From Mobula hypostoma (lineage: Eukaryota), in NCBI RefSeq assembly GCF_963921235.1, contig NC_086109.1:18416001-18480000 (forward strand): a stretch of 64,000 nucleotides of DNA, written 5' to 3'. Below, one piece after another: positions 40,398-53,506 of this stretch. The notes under the pieces are model-generated. The model was not told where the DNA came from. It was given only the letters and a program-made list of their open reading frames with translations, and made no database searches. Every line of letters starts with the position of its first letter. Within the stretch, counting starts at the first letter, position 1. Both the position numbers and the translations under genes were made by a program.

Positions 40398-40630
40398 GGG
40401 AGGGGAGGGAATGTCGACTCAGACCACGAGAGGCCTGCATCGGGCATTTTCATGCCTTACAAGGCACAGATTGGAAGTCTGTGTGGGGCGCCACTCCTCG
40501 CACAGACTAGAGCAATGTGTGGTTAAATGCCTTGCTCAAGGACACAAACACGCTGCCACAGCTGAGGCTCGAATTAGCGACCTTGAGATCACTAGACGAA
40601 CGCCTTAACCACTTGGCCATGTGCCCAACA
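40398..40630 (-). mobile_element. tRNA-derived SINE with CORE-like domain
   Basis: Minus strand TGGCCAAGTGGTTAAGG (A-box) and GTGTCCTTGAGCAAGGCATTTAAC (CORE-like). TATTTACATTA occurs on both sides. Confidence 0.75.
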
Positions 40631-40684
40631 CATTAAAGCTATATTTACATTAAAGCTATATTAATCCATCTTATTCTAAATTTT

Positions 40685-41384
40685 CTTTCTTTCTTTCTTT
40701 TTAAATCTTTTTATTGAATAAGTACACGAAAGGTAAACCATGTAGGCACTAATACACTGTTAGAATATAATATATTACAGGAAATAGTAATACAGAAAAA
40801 AAATTAATACAAACAGTGCAATTTAAACATAAAATAGCAAGGTAATATAATAGTATACTAATTTTTATATATATCAATAAAGAGAGAAAAAAACCCCAAA
40901 AAAACCCCCCCAAAAAAACCCACCGTGCAACTAATCTAAAAAACAAAGCAAAGCAATGGGCTAACTAGGAAACAAGTAGAGTTAAACAACTTAAAACAAT
41001 CACTTCCTCAAACCTGACCTCCATTAAAAACAGGTAAAAAAAAACAAGAAGGGAATATAAATATGGACCGAGAGAAAAAAAATTACATTAAATGAAAATG
41101 TTGAATAAAAGATCTCCAGGTCTGTTCGAATTTAACTGAAGAATCATAAAGATTACTTCTAATTTTCTCCAAATTTAAGCATAATATCGTCTGGGAAAAC
41201 CAAAAGAACGTAGTTGGAGCATTAGTCTCTTTCCAATGTTGTAAAATACATCTTTTCGCCATTAAAGTAAGAAATGCAATCATTCTACGGGCTGAAGGAG
41301 AAAGATTACTGGAAATTTTAGGTAATCCAAAGATAGCAGTAATAGGATGGGGAGAAATGTCTATGTTCAATACCGTTGAGATAA
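40685..41384 (-). mobile_element. 5'-truncated L1 LINE (ORF2 C-terminus and 3' UTR)
   Basis: AKRCILQHWK..LNLEKIR..FEQTWRSF, AATAAA plus (GAAA)n tail, perfect 10-bp TSD TCTAAATTTT (40675-40684, 41385-41394). Confidence 0.92.
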
Positions 41385-41477
41385 TCTAAATTTTACCACT
41401 CACCCACATATTTAGGGAAAATTACAGTGACCAACTAACTATTAATCCTCCCATGTTAGTCCTAACTACTGAATATA

Positions 41478-41826
41478 GTGAAAGTGCTAGACAGAGTTGA
41501 CATGAAGAGGATGTTTCCAATAGTGGGAGCGTCTAGGACCAGAGGGCACAGCCTCCAAGTAGAAGGAAGTCTCTTTAAAACAGAGATGAGGAGGAATTTC
41601 TTTAGCCAGAGGGTGCTGAGTCGGTGGAGTTCATTGCCACAGACAGTTGTGGAGGCCTAGTCATTTGGGGATATTTCAAGCAGAGGTTTGTAGGTTCTTG
41701 ATTATTCTAGATCAGTGAGGGCATCAAAGGTTACAGGGAGAAGGCAGGGGGTTAGGGTTGAGAGGGATGAAACGGTGGACCAGATTCAATGGGCCCAATG
41801 ACCACATTCTGTCCCTATGTCTTATG
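41478..41826 (+). mobile_element. CR1 3' fragment inserted in an old V-SINE
   Basis: TRGHSLQV..RRNFFSQRV; V-SINE sequence on both flanks. Confidence 0.8.
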
Positions 41827-42031
41827 GGAGGAAATGAGCAGGCTGAAGAAACTCAATGGCCACAGGGAGAATGGGCAAACTCCACACAGAGAGCATTAAA
41901 GACCAAGATCAGGAGTCACAAAGGCAGCATCTTTACCGGCTGCACCACTGTGTCATACTGACATGGAAATGGATCCATAGTTTTCAGTTTGATAGCAGGT
42001 TGCCATAAAGTGAAGAGGTAATGTGCATTAT

Positions 42032-42073
42032 ACCACAAGGTGGCATCAGCACAGCATGCTGGGAGATGTAGTT
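42032..42073. promoter_or_regulatory. Adjacent CTCF and ZNF143/Staf (SBS) motifs
   Basis: ACCACAAGGTGGCAT (42032-42046) and GCATGCTGGGAGATGTAGTT (42054-42073; reverse complement AACTACATCTCCCAGCATGC). Confidence 0.65.
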
Positions 42074-42574
42074 CTCTATGGCAGCATCAGTAGTCTTAGC
42101 TTTCCACAGTCAGACAGAGAACAAAGGCAATACAGGCTGGTTAATAAAGGCTGCCCTTCCCAATAGTTTTCATGATCATGAAAAGTTAATAAATCTAACT
42201 TTATTTTCAGTGACTGTAGAATCTTACTGTGTGTACATAATTTGTGTGTGGATTACGAGCTGAAAAACAGGAAAAATTTTTAAGACTCCATAGTACTTGA
42301 ATCTGTTGGCTGACGCTGATGAGTTGGTCTCTTGTAAGGTACTTTCAGTTATGGATGCACTCTAGTGGTTAATCTGAGAAGGACAATATATGTTACAGAT
42401 TTAGAAATAGTAAGAGGTTATAATAATGAGTCTAAGTAAAGGGAACTGAGATGAAGAAAAGGTTCAGCATTCAGACAGAAATATTATATTTTGACTATCC
42501 CATTGTGGAAATTTTGGCACAAAGCTCAGGCCAATTTTCCCAAGAATGTAACAATAACAACCTTTAACACATAA

Positions 42575-42915
42575 CAAACATGATGTTAAGAGGGACAGAT
42601 CAGACTGGACTTATTCTTGAGCATAAATGTCTAACACCAGAGGGCATAACTTTAAGGTGTTTGGAGGAAAATATAGGGGGAAAGTCGGAGGTGCTTTTTA
42701 CACAGAGAGTGGTGGGTGCGTGGAATGCACTGCTGGGTGCGGTGGGAGGGTCAGATAAAGTACGGACATTTTAGAGACTCTTAGGCACATGGATGAAAGA
42801 AAAATGGAGGGCTATGTGGGAGGAAAGGGTTAGATTGATCTTGGAGTAGGTGAAAGGGTCAGCACAATAATGTGGGTCAAAGGGTTTGTACTGTACTGCA
42901 CCATACTATGTTCTG
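42575..42915 (+). mobile_element. CR1 3' fragment
   Basis: FTQRVVGAWNAL and CR1 3' UTR. Confidence 0.8.
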
Positions 42916-43318
42916 AAATATGGCTCAGTTATCAGAGTGAATGGCTAAATGAATAATTTAATCAATCTCTCAGTGACAGAGAGGAATTTTAATAGAGCTT
43001 AAGGCTTGATAACAGAACACATGGTCTCCCTGGTTACCAGTGGTGGTGCAGGCTCTCGACCCACAGCATTGACAATTCTTTTCATCTCCGCATATGCTGC
43101 TCAGCCACTGAGTTCCTCCAGCAATTTGTTATTTTTGCTTCAGATTAAGGGTCTTCACTCTCTTATGTCTCCACTTACTGGAGTTCTGAGAGAATGTGGC
43201 ACTATCTGAGCTGGCAATTCTCAACTGTGGCATCGGGCAGGAATGTCACTGGCACCATCAGCTGGATGTAACTTATCCCATGGCCCTGCCTCTGCTGGTG
43301 TAAATGTCTATGTTTGTC

Positions 43319-43700
43319 CATAAGACCATTAGATGTAGGAACAAAATTAGACCATTCAGCCTACCAAGAATGTTGTGCCATTCAATCATAGCTGATTTAT
43401 TATCCCTCTCTATCCCGTTCTCCTGCCTTCTTCCCTAACTACCAACCTCCACTTTAAAAATACCCAATGACTTGGCTCTCACCGCCACCTGCAGCAATGA
43501 GTTCCACAGACTCACCATCCACTGGCTAAACAAGTTCCCCATCATATCTGTTCTAAAGGGATTTCCTTGTATTCTGAGGCTATGCCCTCTGGACACAGAC
43601 TGGAAATCCACTACTGGAAACATCCTCTCACCATTCACCCTGTCTAGATCTTTCAGTATTTGATCAGCTTCAGTCCTTACAGATTATTCTATCCTTATTC
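43319..43700 (-). mobile_element. CR1 3' fragment
   Basis: SRGHSLRIQG..FSQWMVSLWNSL, CCATAAGA tail. Confidence 0.8.
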
Positions 43701-43725
43701 TATCCAGGAAATCAATGGTTTAGTT

Positions 43726-44701
43726 CAGGGATGAGCAACGTATGGCACGTTGGGTGATTAGAAGTGGCGCATTGCACCCCAGTGATAATAATAAAAAAGC
43801 CTACTCATGCAAGAAGTATTAACCAAAAACCGATTTGTAGAAAAAAAATCTATACCAGGAACTCAAGTAGCTTAGAGCTAGAAATGGATTTTACTGAGAA
43901 TGAATCCAAAACTTAGCAATTATTTTTAGTGATTTTATTATTTCGTGCCCCTTTTGGGAATGTTATCTTCTTTCACATTAATCTGTTTTCAATTAAAAAA
44001 AGTGTTCAATAAGTCAAACTAGGAAAGAAGGACTTTTGTTCTGCAGTCGTTTCATAACTGTTCAACACACGTTTGATACTTGTTTGATCCTGAGGCGCCA
44101 GGCGTCTGCACCAGCGATGCGTCGCAGGTTTTTGCCAGTCAGTTTACAATTGACACTCGTGCGCTACGGAGTTATGCTTTGTTCCGTCCTTTGTGAACAT
44201 TTGCAATTAAGCCTTGTCTTTACATTCCATTACCCAGCACAGTGCAAAAGAAAAGCACAAAGTGATAGTAAGCGTGAATTCAATGAACAGTGGGAAAATG
44301 AGTTCTTATTTATGGCGGGTCCGTCAGGAAAACCGTTGTGCATTGTTTGTGAAAACACTTTCTCATATAATAGAAGACATGATCTTAATAGACACTATAA
44401 AACACAACATCAGACTGAAATAGAAGGAAAACTGAAGCTAGTGCTTGGGTCTGAGTTATGGAAAGAATATGTGATTAAGAAAAAGGAAGAAGTCAAAAGA
44501 AAACAAAATATATTTGTTAAATTAAGGTAAGTAATGTTTATCTTGTTTTAATATTAAATCAATATATCATATAAAAATGCTAAATATGTCTATAGTAACA
44601 TATTTTTACAAGAACTGAATGGGGGTACAAGGGTTGTATGGCGCATCTGAACTCATACGTGAAAAAATTGACGCATGGAATGTAAAAGATTGGCCACCCC
44701 G
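43726..44701 (+). mobile_element. hAT (Charlie/SPIN-like) internal-deletion derivative retaining the BED zinc finger
   Basis: TIRs CAGGGATGAGCAA / TTGGCCACCCCG, 8-bp TSD GTTTAGTT/GTTGAGTT, peptide REFNEQWENEFLF..KPLCIVC..LNRHYKTQH. Confidence 0.9.
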
Positions 44702-45318
44702 GTTGAGTTCATCAATAGATTGTTTCATTATATTGATTTATTATGGACAAATATGTATTTTTCTTATCAAATCTATTTACTTTTGGGGAAACCCTTTATT
44801 TTAATTAAGAGATTTAAAATATAACCTAAAAGACATTGCTGATAGTCAATGCACATCTATCTCTCTGAAGGCACTGAGTTCAAAGTTCAAAGTAAGTTTA
44901 TCGAAGTATGTATATGTCACCATTTACCACCATGGGATTCATTTTCTTGCAGGAACTTACAGGAAAATAAAGAAACACTATAAAATTTATGAAAAAAAAC
45001 TGCACATAAAAAAGACCAACAAGCATCCAATGTGCAAAAGAAGATAAATCTGTGTTAAAAGAGGAAAAATCAGAGTTTGATGGTGTTACCTCTCCAGGGA
45101 CAGCCAAGCACCAATTAGCTCTGGAGAGGGAGTGGGCTGTTAAGCCTAACATTCCTTCTGGTGCACAAGTTCTCTCTCGCTGGAAGTGTGGGTGAATTCC
45201 ACAGAGATTTCCACTGTGGTGTGGTCTGCCTAGTAATGGTATCAGCCTTGGCTTCCTCCAATCACAGTCATTAACATAGCTGTTACTATGCAATATATCA
45301 AGATAAAGTGGAGCACTT

Positions 45319-47460
45319 GAATTGAATTGACTTTATTACTTACATCCTTCATATACATGAAGAGTAGAAATCTTTACATTATGCCTCCATCTAAATGTGC
45401 AATGTGCAATTTTATAGTAATTTGTAATAAATAGAATGTACAACAGGACAGTCATTATAACATAGAAATACAATTGTATCAACATGAATTAATCAGTCTG
45501 ATGGCCTGGTGGAAGAAGCTGTCCCGGAGCCTGTTGGTCCTGGCTTTTATGCTGTAGTTACATTTCCCAAATGGTAGCAGCTGGAACAGTTTGTGGTTGG
45601 GGTGACTCAGGTCCCCAATGATCCTTCGGGCCCTTTTTACACACGTGTCTTTATAAATGTCCTGAATAGTGGGAAGTTCACATCTACAGATGCACCAGGC
45701 TATCTGCACCTCTCTCTGCAGAGTCCTGCGATTGAGGGAATTATAGTTCCCATAGCAGGCAGTGCTGCAGCCAGTCAGGACTATGCCCTGTAGAAAGTTC
45801 TTAGGATTTGGGGGCCCATACTAAACTTCTTCAACCACCTGAGATGAAAGATGCGCTGTTGTGCTTTTTTCACCACACAGCTGGTATGTACAGACCACGT
45901 GAGATCCTCAGTGATGTTTATGCCAAGGAACTTAAAGCTGTTCACTCTCTCAACCCCAGATCCCTTGATGTCAATAGGGGTTAGCCTGTCTCCATTCCTC
46001 CTGTAGTCCACAACCAGCTCCATTGTTTTTGTGACATTGAGGGAGAGGTTGTTTTCTTGACACCGGTGTGTCAGGGTGATGACTTCTTCTCTGAAGGCTG
46101 CTTCATTATGAATTGAGATTAGGCCAATCAATGTAGTATCGTCAGCAAATTTAATTAGCAGATTGGAGCTGTGGGTGGCGACATTGTCATGGTGTCACGT
46201 GACCCGCAACAATGAATATATAATTGAGTAAAGTTTTATAAACAGACATAAACATTTAATAAACTCTGCTCAACAATAGCGAAAAGTATTCAAACGATTA
46301 ACTTAACCAGGAGTTAACTGCTATACGGCAACTCTGGAACAGATCTTAAAGTGGTAAATTCAAACATAGTCTTAAAATGGTAAATTCAAAAGTCCAAGTG
46401 ATTTACACAATTAATAAGGAGAGACTTCTCTGGAAACGGATTTCTTTGAGACGTGACGTTACTGCTGATTCTATCCAAAGGATTCACGACAAAGGAAATA
46501 AAACGGCTTAAAGGAACTGACCTTTCCCTGGTGAATGAACACTGCACAAACCTTCCTGATCTTACAGGAGTTATCTCAGATGCAGGTCACTATTTCTGAA
46601 TTAAGGTTCACTAAGGTTAATCCTTTATGAAACCGCCAAACGACACCAACTTCACTTGATCCTTCAGGCTCCCGTACTTTAGTAGGTTCTTCACTCTTCA
46701 ATACTAGACTTATAATAGAAAGTAAAACTCCACTTTAAAACAAAACTGCGCCATGAGACAAATACACAGCATAACGGAGTAACTGACAAACTCAACAATG
46801 AATCAACTGCCTAACTACAGGGGTTTCCAGTTATATACCTGTTGAGAACATGTCACTACGTGACCTCACACTGGCGGGAAAATTACATCACCCCACCATT
46901 ACAAGACCATTACATCATGCTGACAAGATACCCATGAGGTATGTAACAATGGGTATACAGAAAGTAAAGGAGGGGGCTTAGTACACAGCCCTGAGGGGCA
47001 CCTGTGTTGAGGGCCGGAGGGGCAGAGGTGAGGGAGCCCACTCTTACCACCTGCTGGTGATCTGACAGGAAGTCCAAGATCCAGCTGCACAAGGCAGGTT
47101 GAAGACGAGTTCTCTGAGCTTGTTGAGCCTGGAGGGAATTATGGTGTTAAATGCTGGACTGTAGACCAAGAACAGCATTCTCACATAAGCATCATTCTTC
47201 TCCAGATGTGTAAGCACGGTGTGTAGAGCTGAGGCACTTGCATCATCTGTTGATCGGTTGGGTTGGTGGGCAAATTATAGGGGGTTCAGTTTGGGTGGTA
47301 GCATGCTTGTCCAGCCTCTCAAAGCATTTGCTTATTACTGAGGTGAGAGCGACAGGACGCCAGTCATTCAGACATGTTACCTTGGTCTTTTTAGGAACAG
47401 GGACAATGGTGGATGTTTTGAAGCAGGAGGGCACACTACACTGGGAGAAGGAGAGATTAC
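45319..47460 (-). mobile_element. Rex1/Babar LINE fragment interrupted by a solo LTR
   Basis: [63 protein letters not shown], (TTCAA)n tail. Confidence 0.93.
46193..46948 (-). mobile_element. Solo LTR, 756 bp
   Basis: TG..CA ends, perfect 4-bp TSD ATGG, splits the Rex RT, homologous to 54752-55636. Confidence 0.9.
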
Positions 47461-47469
47461 CAGGTATTG

Positions 47470-47805
47470 AAGATTAGAAGATTAGCTTTATTTGCTGCAT
47501 GTACATCGAAATATCAAAGCAGACAGTGAAATGCATTCTTTGTGCCAACAACCAACCACAGTTTGAAGGTGTGCTGGGGGCACCCTACAACAGCCACCAT
47601 GCTCTCAGCTCTAACATAGCATGCCCGCAAATCACTAACCCGAGGCTGTACGCCTTTGGAATGTGGGAGGAAACCAGGAGCAGCTGAAGAAAACCCACAT
47701 GGTCACGGGGAGAACGTGCAAACTCCTTACACACAGCAGGGGGAATTTAGCCCCAGTCTTACCGCTGGTGCTGCTAAGCGTCATACTAACTGCTATACTC
47801 TGGAT
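47470..47805 (-). mobile_element. V-SINE with a non-CR1 tail
   Basis: V-domain GGAGTTTGCACGTTCTCCCCGTGACC; tail ending AATAAAGCTAATCTTCTAATCTTC. Confidence 0.75.
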
Positions 47806-48089
47806 TTAGAAGCTGTGAAACTTAATATACCTTTAATTTCCGCAGTGTGAGCAGTTGATTTAATTAGCTGTTCGACTTGAATCATGTACTAGAGGACGCT
47901 GTTGTACCAAGAAACATCTCAATTCTACCAGTTGTTAAATTGATGATAGTTACTCCAGAACACAGGTAAAAGCAGTGAGTTATGTTCTCCTATCAGCTAC
48001 AGCCTTGACACTCACTGTTATCTGAGCACTGGCTACCTTTCAGGAAAGAACAATCTTGAAACATTAGCTTTTTTCTCTGATCCAGTCGG

Positions 48090-50095
48090 GGTCAGGAAGG
48101 AGGCAATAGAGCCTCAGCTCCTGCACAAGCAGATTCAGGAACAATGATTACCTTTCAACCATCAGGCTCTTGCATGAGAGGGGATCACTCCTCTTACTGC
48201 AACACTGAATTGTTGCCACAACCTATGGACTCGCTTTCAAGGACTATTCATCTCATGTTCTCGATATTTATTGCTTGTTTATTTATTATAATTACTTGTT
48301 TTTTTTTCTTTGCATAGTTTGTTGTCTTTTGCACATTGGTTGTTTGTCCATCTTATTGTGCAGTTTTTCATTGATTCTGTTGTGTTTCTTTGTACTTAGC
48401 TTTCAACCATCAGGCTCCTGAACCAGCGTGGATAACTTTACTTACCTCAACACTGAACTGATTCCACAATCTATATTCCTTTTAAGGACTCTACGATGCA
48501 TATTCTCAGTATTATTTATTTAGTTATTTTTTATTTGCACAGTTTTATCTTCTTTTGCACATTGATTGATTGTCAGTCTTCGTTTGTGTGTAGTTTTTAA
48601 ATCGATTTTATTATATTTTATTTGTTTTATTGTGAATGCCTGCAAGAAAATGAAACTCCAAGTAGTATATGGTGAAATTTACTTCGATAATAAATTTACT
48701 TTGAACTTTGATTTTGAGAGAGTCTGCAGTACATTTCTGTCTCCCTTTAATGGCTGGCGTTTCCTGATTTCTCCAACTGGCTTAGCTTGAACTTGAGACC
48801 TTTGGGAGTTTCTATTCATAAATCATTCTTTGACAGAATCCTAAAGTAAAGGGAATTTCACATCTCTGTCTGCACTTCTCGCTGCCTCAGTAAAGCAGGC
48901 AATATATTCACAGACCTCACCCACCCTGGACAGTCTCTTCTTCCCATTGGACTGAAGATACAAAACACTGAAAGCATGTACCACCACACCCAGGAACAGC
49001 TTCTATCCCACTGTCGTTAGACTATTGAATGGTCTCCTGGTACAATAAGATGGACTCTTGACCTCACAATCTACCTTGTTTTCCCTTATATCTTGTTGTC
49101 TTCCTGTGCTACGACATTGGGATAGAAGCAGTTCCTAAGTGTGGTGGAATGTGCTTTCAGTTTTTTGTAATTGCAACACTTTATTCTACTTTCTGTTACT
49201 GTTTTCACTTCACACTCTGATGTAATGAAATAATTTGTTATGTATGGCAAGCAAAACAACATATGTAATATGTATCAATTACAATATATTGAAATCACAG
49301 ATAAAGTGTAATTACCCCATATAGTCATAGTCATAGTCATACTTTATTGATCCCGAGGGAAATTGGTAAATTTAAACATAATATTGAAAAGAGATAATTC
49401 TATTATACAGAAAATCTAAACCCACTACCAGAAAAAGAAACAGCTGTTAGGTTAAAAAAAAGAAAAGGAAGGAATCCTTAACATATAGTGAAACATGTTA
49501 TTAGCCAACATCTCTGCTTAATAGCAAATCAAAGATTTTGAAAATAATTCAAAAAAGGTCCCCACAATGTTAAAAAAAAACAATGTATATCACTGTACCT
49601 CATACTTACAACAATAATAAACCAATTTATCAATCTAAGAGAATCAGAGTCAGAATCATGTTTAATATCATCAGTATATGTCGTGAAATTTGTTGTCTTT
49701 GTGGCAGCAGTACAAGCAATACATAATAGAAAATGACTGTGAATTACAGTAATTATATATTAAATAGTTAAATAAGTAATGCAAAAACTAGAAATAAAAA
49801 AAAGTAGTGAGTTGATGTTCTTGGGTTCAATGTCCATTCAGAAACTGGATGGGAGAGGGGAAGAAGCTGTTCCTGAATCGTTATGTGTGAGCCTTCAGGC
49901 TTCTGTACCTCCTCCCTGATGGTAGCAATGAGAACAAGGTATGACCTGGGTGATGGGGGCACCTAATGATGGATGCCAGTTTTTTGAGGCATCGCTCCTT
50001 GAAGATGCCCTAGATGCTGCAAAGACTGACTTAAGTACACAACTCTGCAGCTTATTTCGATCCTGTGTAGTAGCCCCACCACCACCACATATCAG
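48090..50095. repeat. Cluster of Rex-type 3' tails and an L1 3' remnant
   Basis: Repeated CAGGAACAG..ACCATCAGGCTC..AAATTTACTTTGAAC tails; L1-like end at about 49366-49570. Confidence 0.7.
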
Positions 50096-50879
50096 ACAAA
50101 ATACACTAATTGCCTCCGTATGAACCCTAAATTTTGTTAGTCTTTTCAACCTTTTCTGATTCTATCTGTCTTCACCTGTATATTAAAAGACAATAAAGTA
50201 TTCTGATCTTTTAACAAGCTTTTGTTCACTTACTAGGTGGGCCTGCACCTTGTACCATCTCAATGCACTGATGGGATGAAATGATCTGTACGTTCGGCAA
50301 GCAAAGCTAAGTTTTTCACTATGCCTCATACAGGTAACAGTAATAAACCGATTTTCCAGTCTAACAGGCAACAGAAGCTGATTGCCTCTGGGAGAATCTT
50401 AAATATTCTTGAAGTCTTTTTAACATTGTTTGGTCCTATCAGTTTTCACCCAATGTATTAAAAGGCAACCAAGTCCTCAGAAATTTTAACAAGCTCAGAA
50501 CTTGAAACAAGCTAATTTTCTAGATAGACCTGGGCCTGAGGTTTGGAGCGGAGGTAGATGGTGGTGTTAGGTAAAGACAGAAGATTCTTATAATGCTTCT
50601 CTTTTTCATTTTGTGTTGTGTGTGAGGCTGGACCACCCCAACCTTGGTGCCATTTATTATCGACTTTGCACAGTAATTAGCAAAGCTAACAATCATTGGA
50701 CTTACAAAATCTTTTCCCCAATTTCCAATACAATCATCTCTTGGACTAACTGTTGTTGGGACAATGTTGTATGAATAGCTTATGTTAACCCTTCCTGTTA
50801 CAACCTGCTCCTGTGTTATCCTTCTTGTTGGAAAGAAGTTCCCAATGCCTTGTGTTTTCAACTCCTTCTAGCCTCATGG

Positions 50880-51275
50880 ACAGGTACAGCAGAGACAAAG
50901 GCTCTCTGGCCCATCTATTCCATGCCAAACCATTTAAACTGCCTACTCCCATCAGCCTGCACTGAGACCATAACCCTCCATAACCCTACCATCTATGTAC
51001 CAATCCCAACTTCTCGTAAACGTTGACATTGTGCTCGCATGCACCACTTGTACTGGCAGCTTGGTCCACACTCTCATGAACCCCTGAGTGAAGCAGTTCC
51101 CCATCATGTTCCCCTTAAACATTTCTTATAACCTTTAATTGTAGTCCTACTGAAACTCAATAGAAAACGCCTGCTTATATTTACCCTATCTATATCCCTC
51201 GTAATTCGGTATACCTCTATTAAATCTTCCCTCAGTCTACTATGTTCCAAGGAATAAAGTCCTAAACTTTATGTC
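50880..51275 (-). mobile_element. CR1 3' fragment
   Basis: Homologous to the 3' end of the copy at 23839-24450. Confidence 0.8.
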
Positions 51276-52583
51276 AAGAATCTCTGATAACTTGTGTTAC
51301 CTCTGATAATCTCTGATAACTCATTATTCACAAAAAAGAATAGCTAATGAGTTCAAATAATCAATTTACCCAAATTCTACACACGTTTCAAGGCAAAAGA
51401 TACTGGGAAGGCTGAAATCCAGACTGATTAATTCCCGTTCATGCTGAGGTAAATTCTAACTACGCTAATTAAAATCAACAAACTCAGTGCGTAACCAACT
51501 TTGCATGCCTCAATACTACAGAAAATGTTGACCTGCCCATGAAGGGAGCTGACCTTAATTTATTAGCAGTGCAGGAATTTAAGGTTAACTGCTTCTCATT
51601 CAAGTTAGTACAGATGCTCTCTGCAGGCGTCAGCATTACAACTACCTGTCCATTAAATGTAAAAGGGAAGGAATACACAGCATGCTTGCCAGCAGCAATG
51701 ACCAGTAACTAATCAGAAACTTCAGAATCAGATTTAGTATCACTGCCTTATATGATGTGAAATTGTTGCTTTGCATCAGCAGTACACAGTGCAATGAAAT
51801 TACAGTATAAAATTACAATAAATTAAAAAAAAATAAATAGTGCAAAAATAAAAAAAGGAATAAAGATGTAGAATTCATGGGTTCATTTGCCATAAGGTAG
51901 AGTTCATGGATTTATTTACCAACGATTCAAGGACCATTCATAAATGTGGTGGCAGAGGGGAAGAAGCTGTTCCTGAACCATTGAGTGTGTGTCTTCAGGC
52001 TCCTGTATCTATTCCCTGAAGGTAGCTTTGAGAAGACAGCATGAACTTAGTAATGCCTGACGTCTTCTTGAAGATGTCCTCGATGGTGGGGAAGGTCGTG
52101 ACTGTGTTGGACTGGCTGACTCGAGAACATTCTGCAGCTTCTTGCCCTGCGTGTCTCCCTCTCAGCACTTGGGCCATAGCGCACATTCTTGTCATCCAAA
52201 TGTGAAGAGTTTTACAGAGCTCCAACGTTACTTCACAGCTCATAAAATCAATGGCAAATGAAAACATGCCTAATGACATTGAGCATCCTCCCCCTCAAAA
52301 AATCCCCTGAATATTTTATCCGCATTCACAACAGCAACAGAGGTAGACATAAGATGATATAATGCCATTGATGACTGCAACATTTTTCTTCAGCTTGGAG
52401 TGCTAAAATTGTTGTGTGTAAGGAAGAGTGCAAGGCAACACAGACATTGGTGCAATGGCCAACATCTTGAACACATTTGCTATGAGACATTTTTAATGCA
52501 TCACTCTGCTGAACAATATTATCTCATAGGCATAGAGTCCTAAAGAGAGGCAGCTCAAGGTGAAGGTTTAAAGTGGAGGTTGA

Positions 52584-53189
52584 CAGACATCCCACCCTGC
52601 AAAAACTCATTTCAGGGAGGTAGCACCATCAATTTGCGGGAGACTCCCGGAATTTTCGGGAGAGGTGGGATGTCTGCAATAGAGTAGCTCCTTAGCAGCT
52701 AGCCAGCTAGTTTAAATAATGTTAGCTATGCTAATGAATGAATGACACCTGTTAAACTCACCTCAACATGTCTTTTACAGTCTTAACCCACCATGGGCAA
52801 TAGAAAAGTCACTTTTGCAAACAGTACAGCGAGCAACACTGTCATTACTTTTTACCCCTATTAGGCAGGGGTACACTTTAGGGTAGTCTGGGGTAACGTA
52901 CGTTTTATATTTTCTTTTTTTGGAACACTCTGCCATGGCGCTCTCGCGCTCTCTCTCTCTCTCTCTCTCTCGTGGTCACTCTCTCGCTATCGCACTCTCT
53001 CTCTCGCTCGTTCTTGTGGTCACTCTTGCGCTCGCTCTCTCTCGCTCTCTCTCATGCTCTCTCACTCTCGCACTCGCTGGCTCTCAAAAAAATTGATTTG
53101 CGGAATATTGTATATAATTTGCAGGCATCAGGGAGCCACTATTCATATGCGGGAGACTCCCGGAACTTCCGGGAGTGGTGGGATGTCTG
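52584..53189. mobile_element. Non-autonomous DNA transposon with 13-bp TIRs and 6-bp TSD
   Basis: CAGACATCCCACC...GGTGGGATGTCTG; TSD GGTTGA (52578-52583, 53190-53195) inside a CR1 3' fragment. Confidence 0.88.
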
Positions 53190-53506
53190 GGTTGATAGGC
53201 TCTTGATTAGAAAGGGTGTCAAAGTTAAGTGGGGGGGAAGGAGAATGGGGTTGAGAGGGATAATAAATCAGCCATATTTAAATGACAGAGTAGACTCGAT
53301 GGGTTGAATGATCTAATTCTGCTCCTTTGTCTTGTGGTTTTATGGTCTTCTTGCCTCATGGCACAGGAACAGGCCTTCTGGCTCAGGAGTCAAGTTTATT
53401 GTCACGCACACAAGTACAGCGAAGTACGGGTACAGTGAAAAACTTGCAGCAACATCGCAGACACAGAGATTCGGACAACACACAGAGCATAAATAAACAG
53501 TACATA

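Noticed and set aside
50520..50861. 113-aa minus-strand ORF in unique DNA
   Set aside because: Non-ATG start, no recognisable motif, no convincing splice sites.
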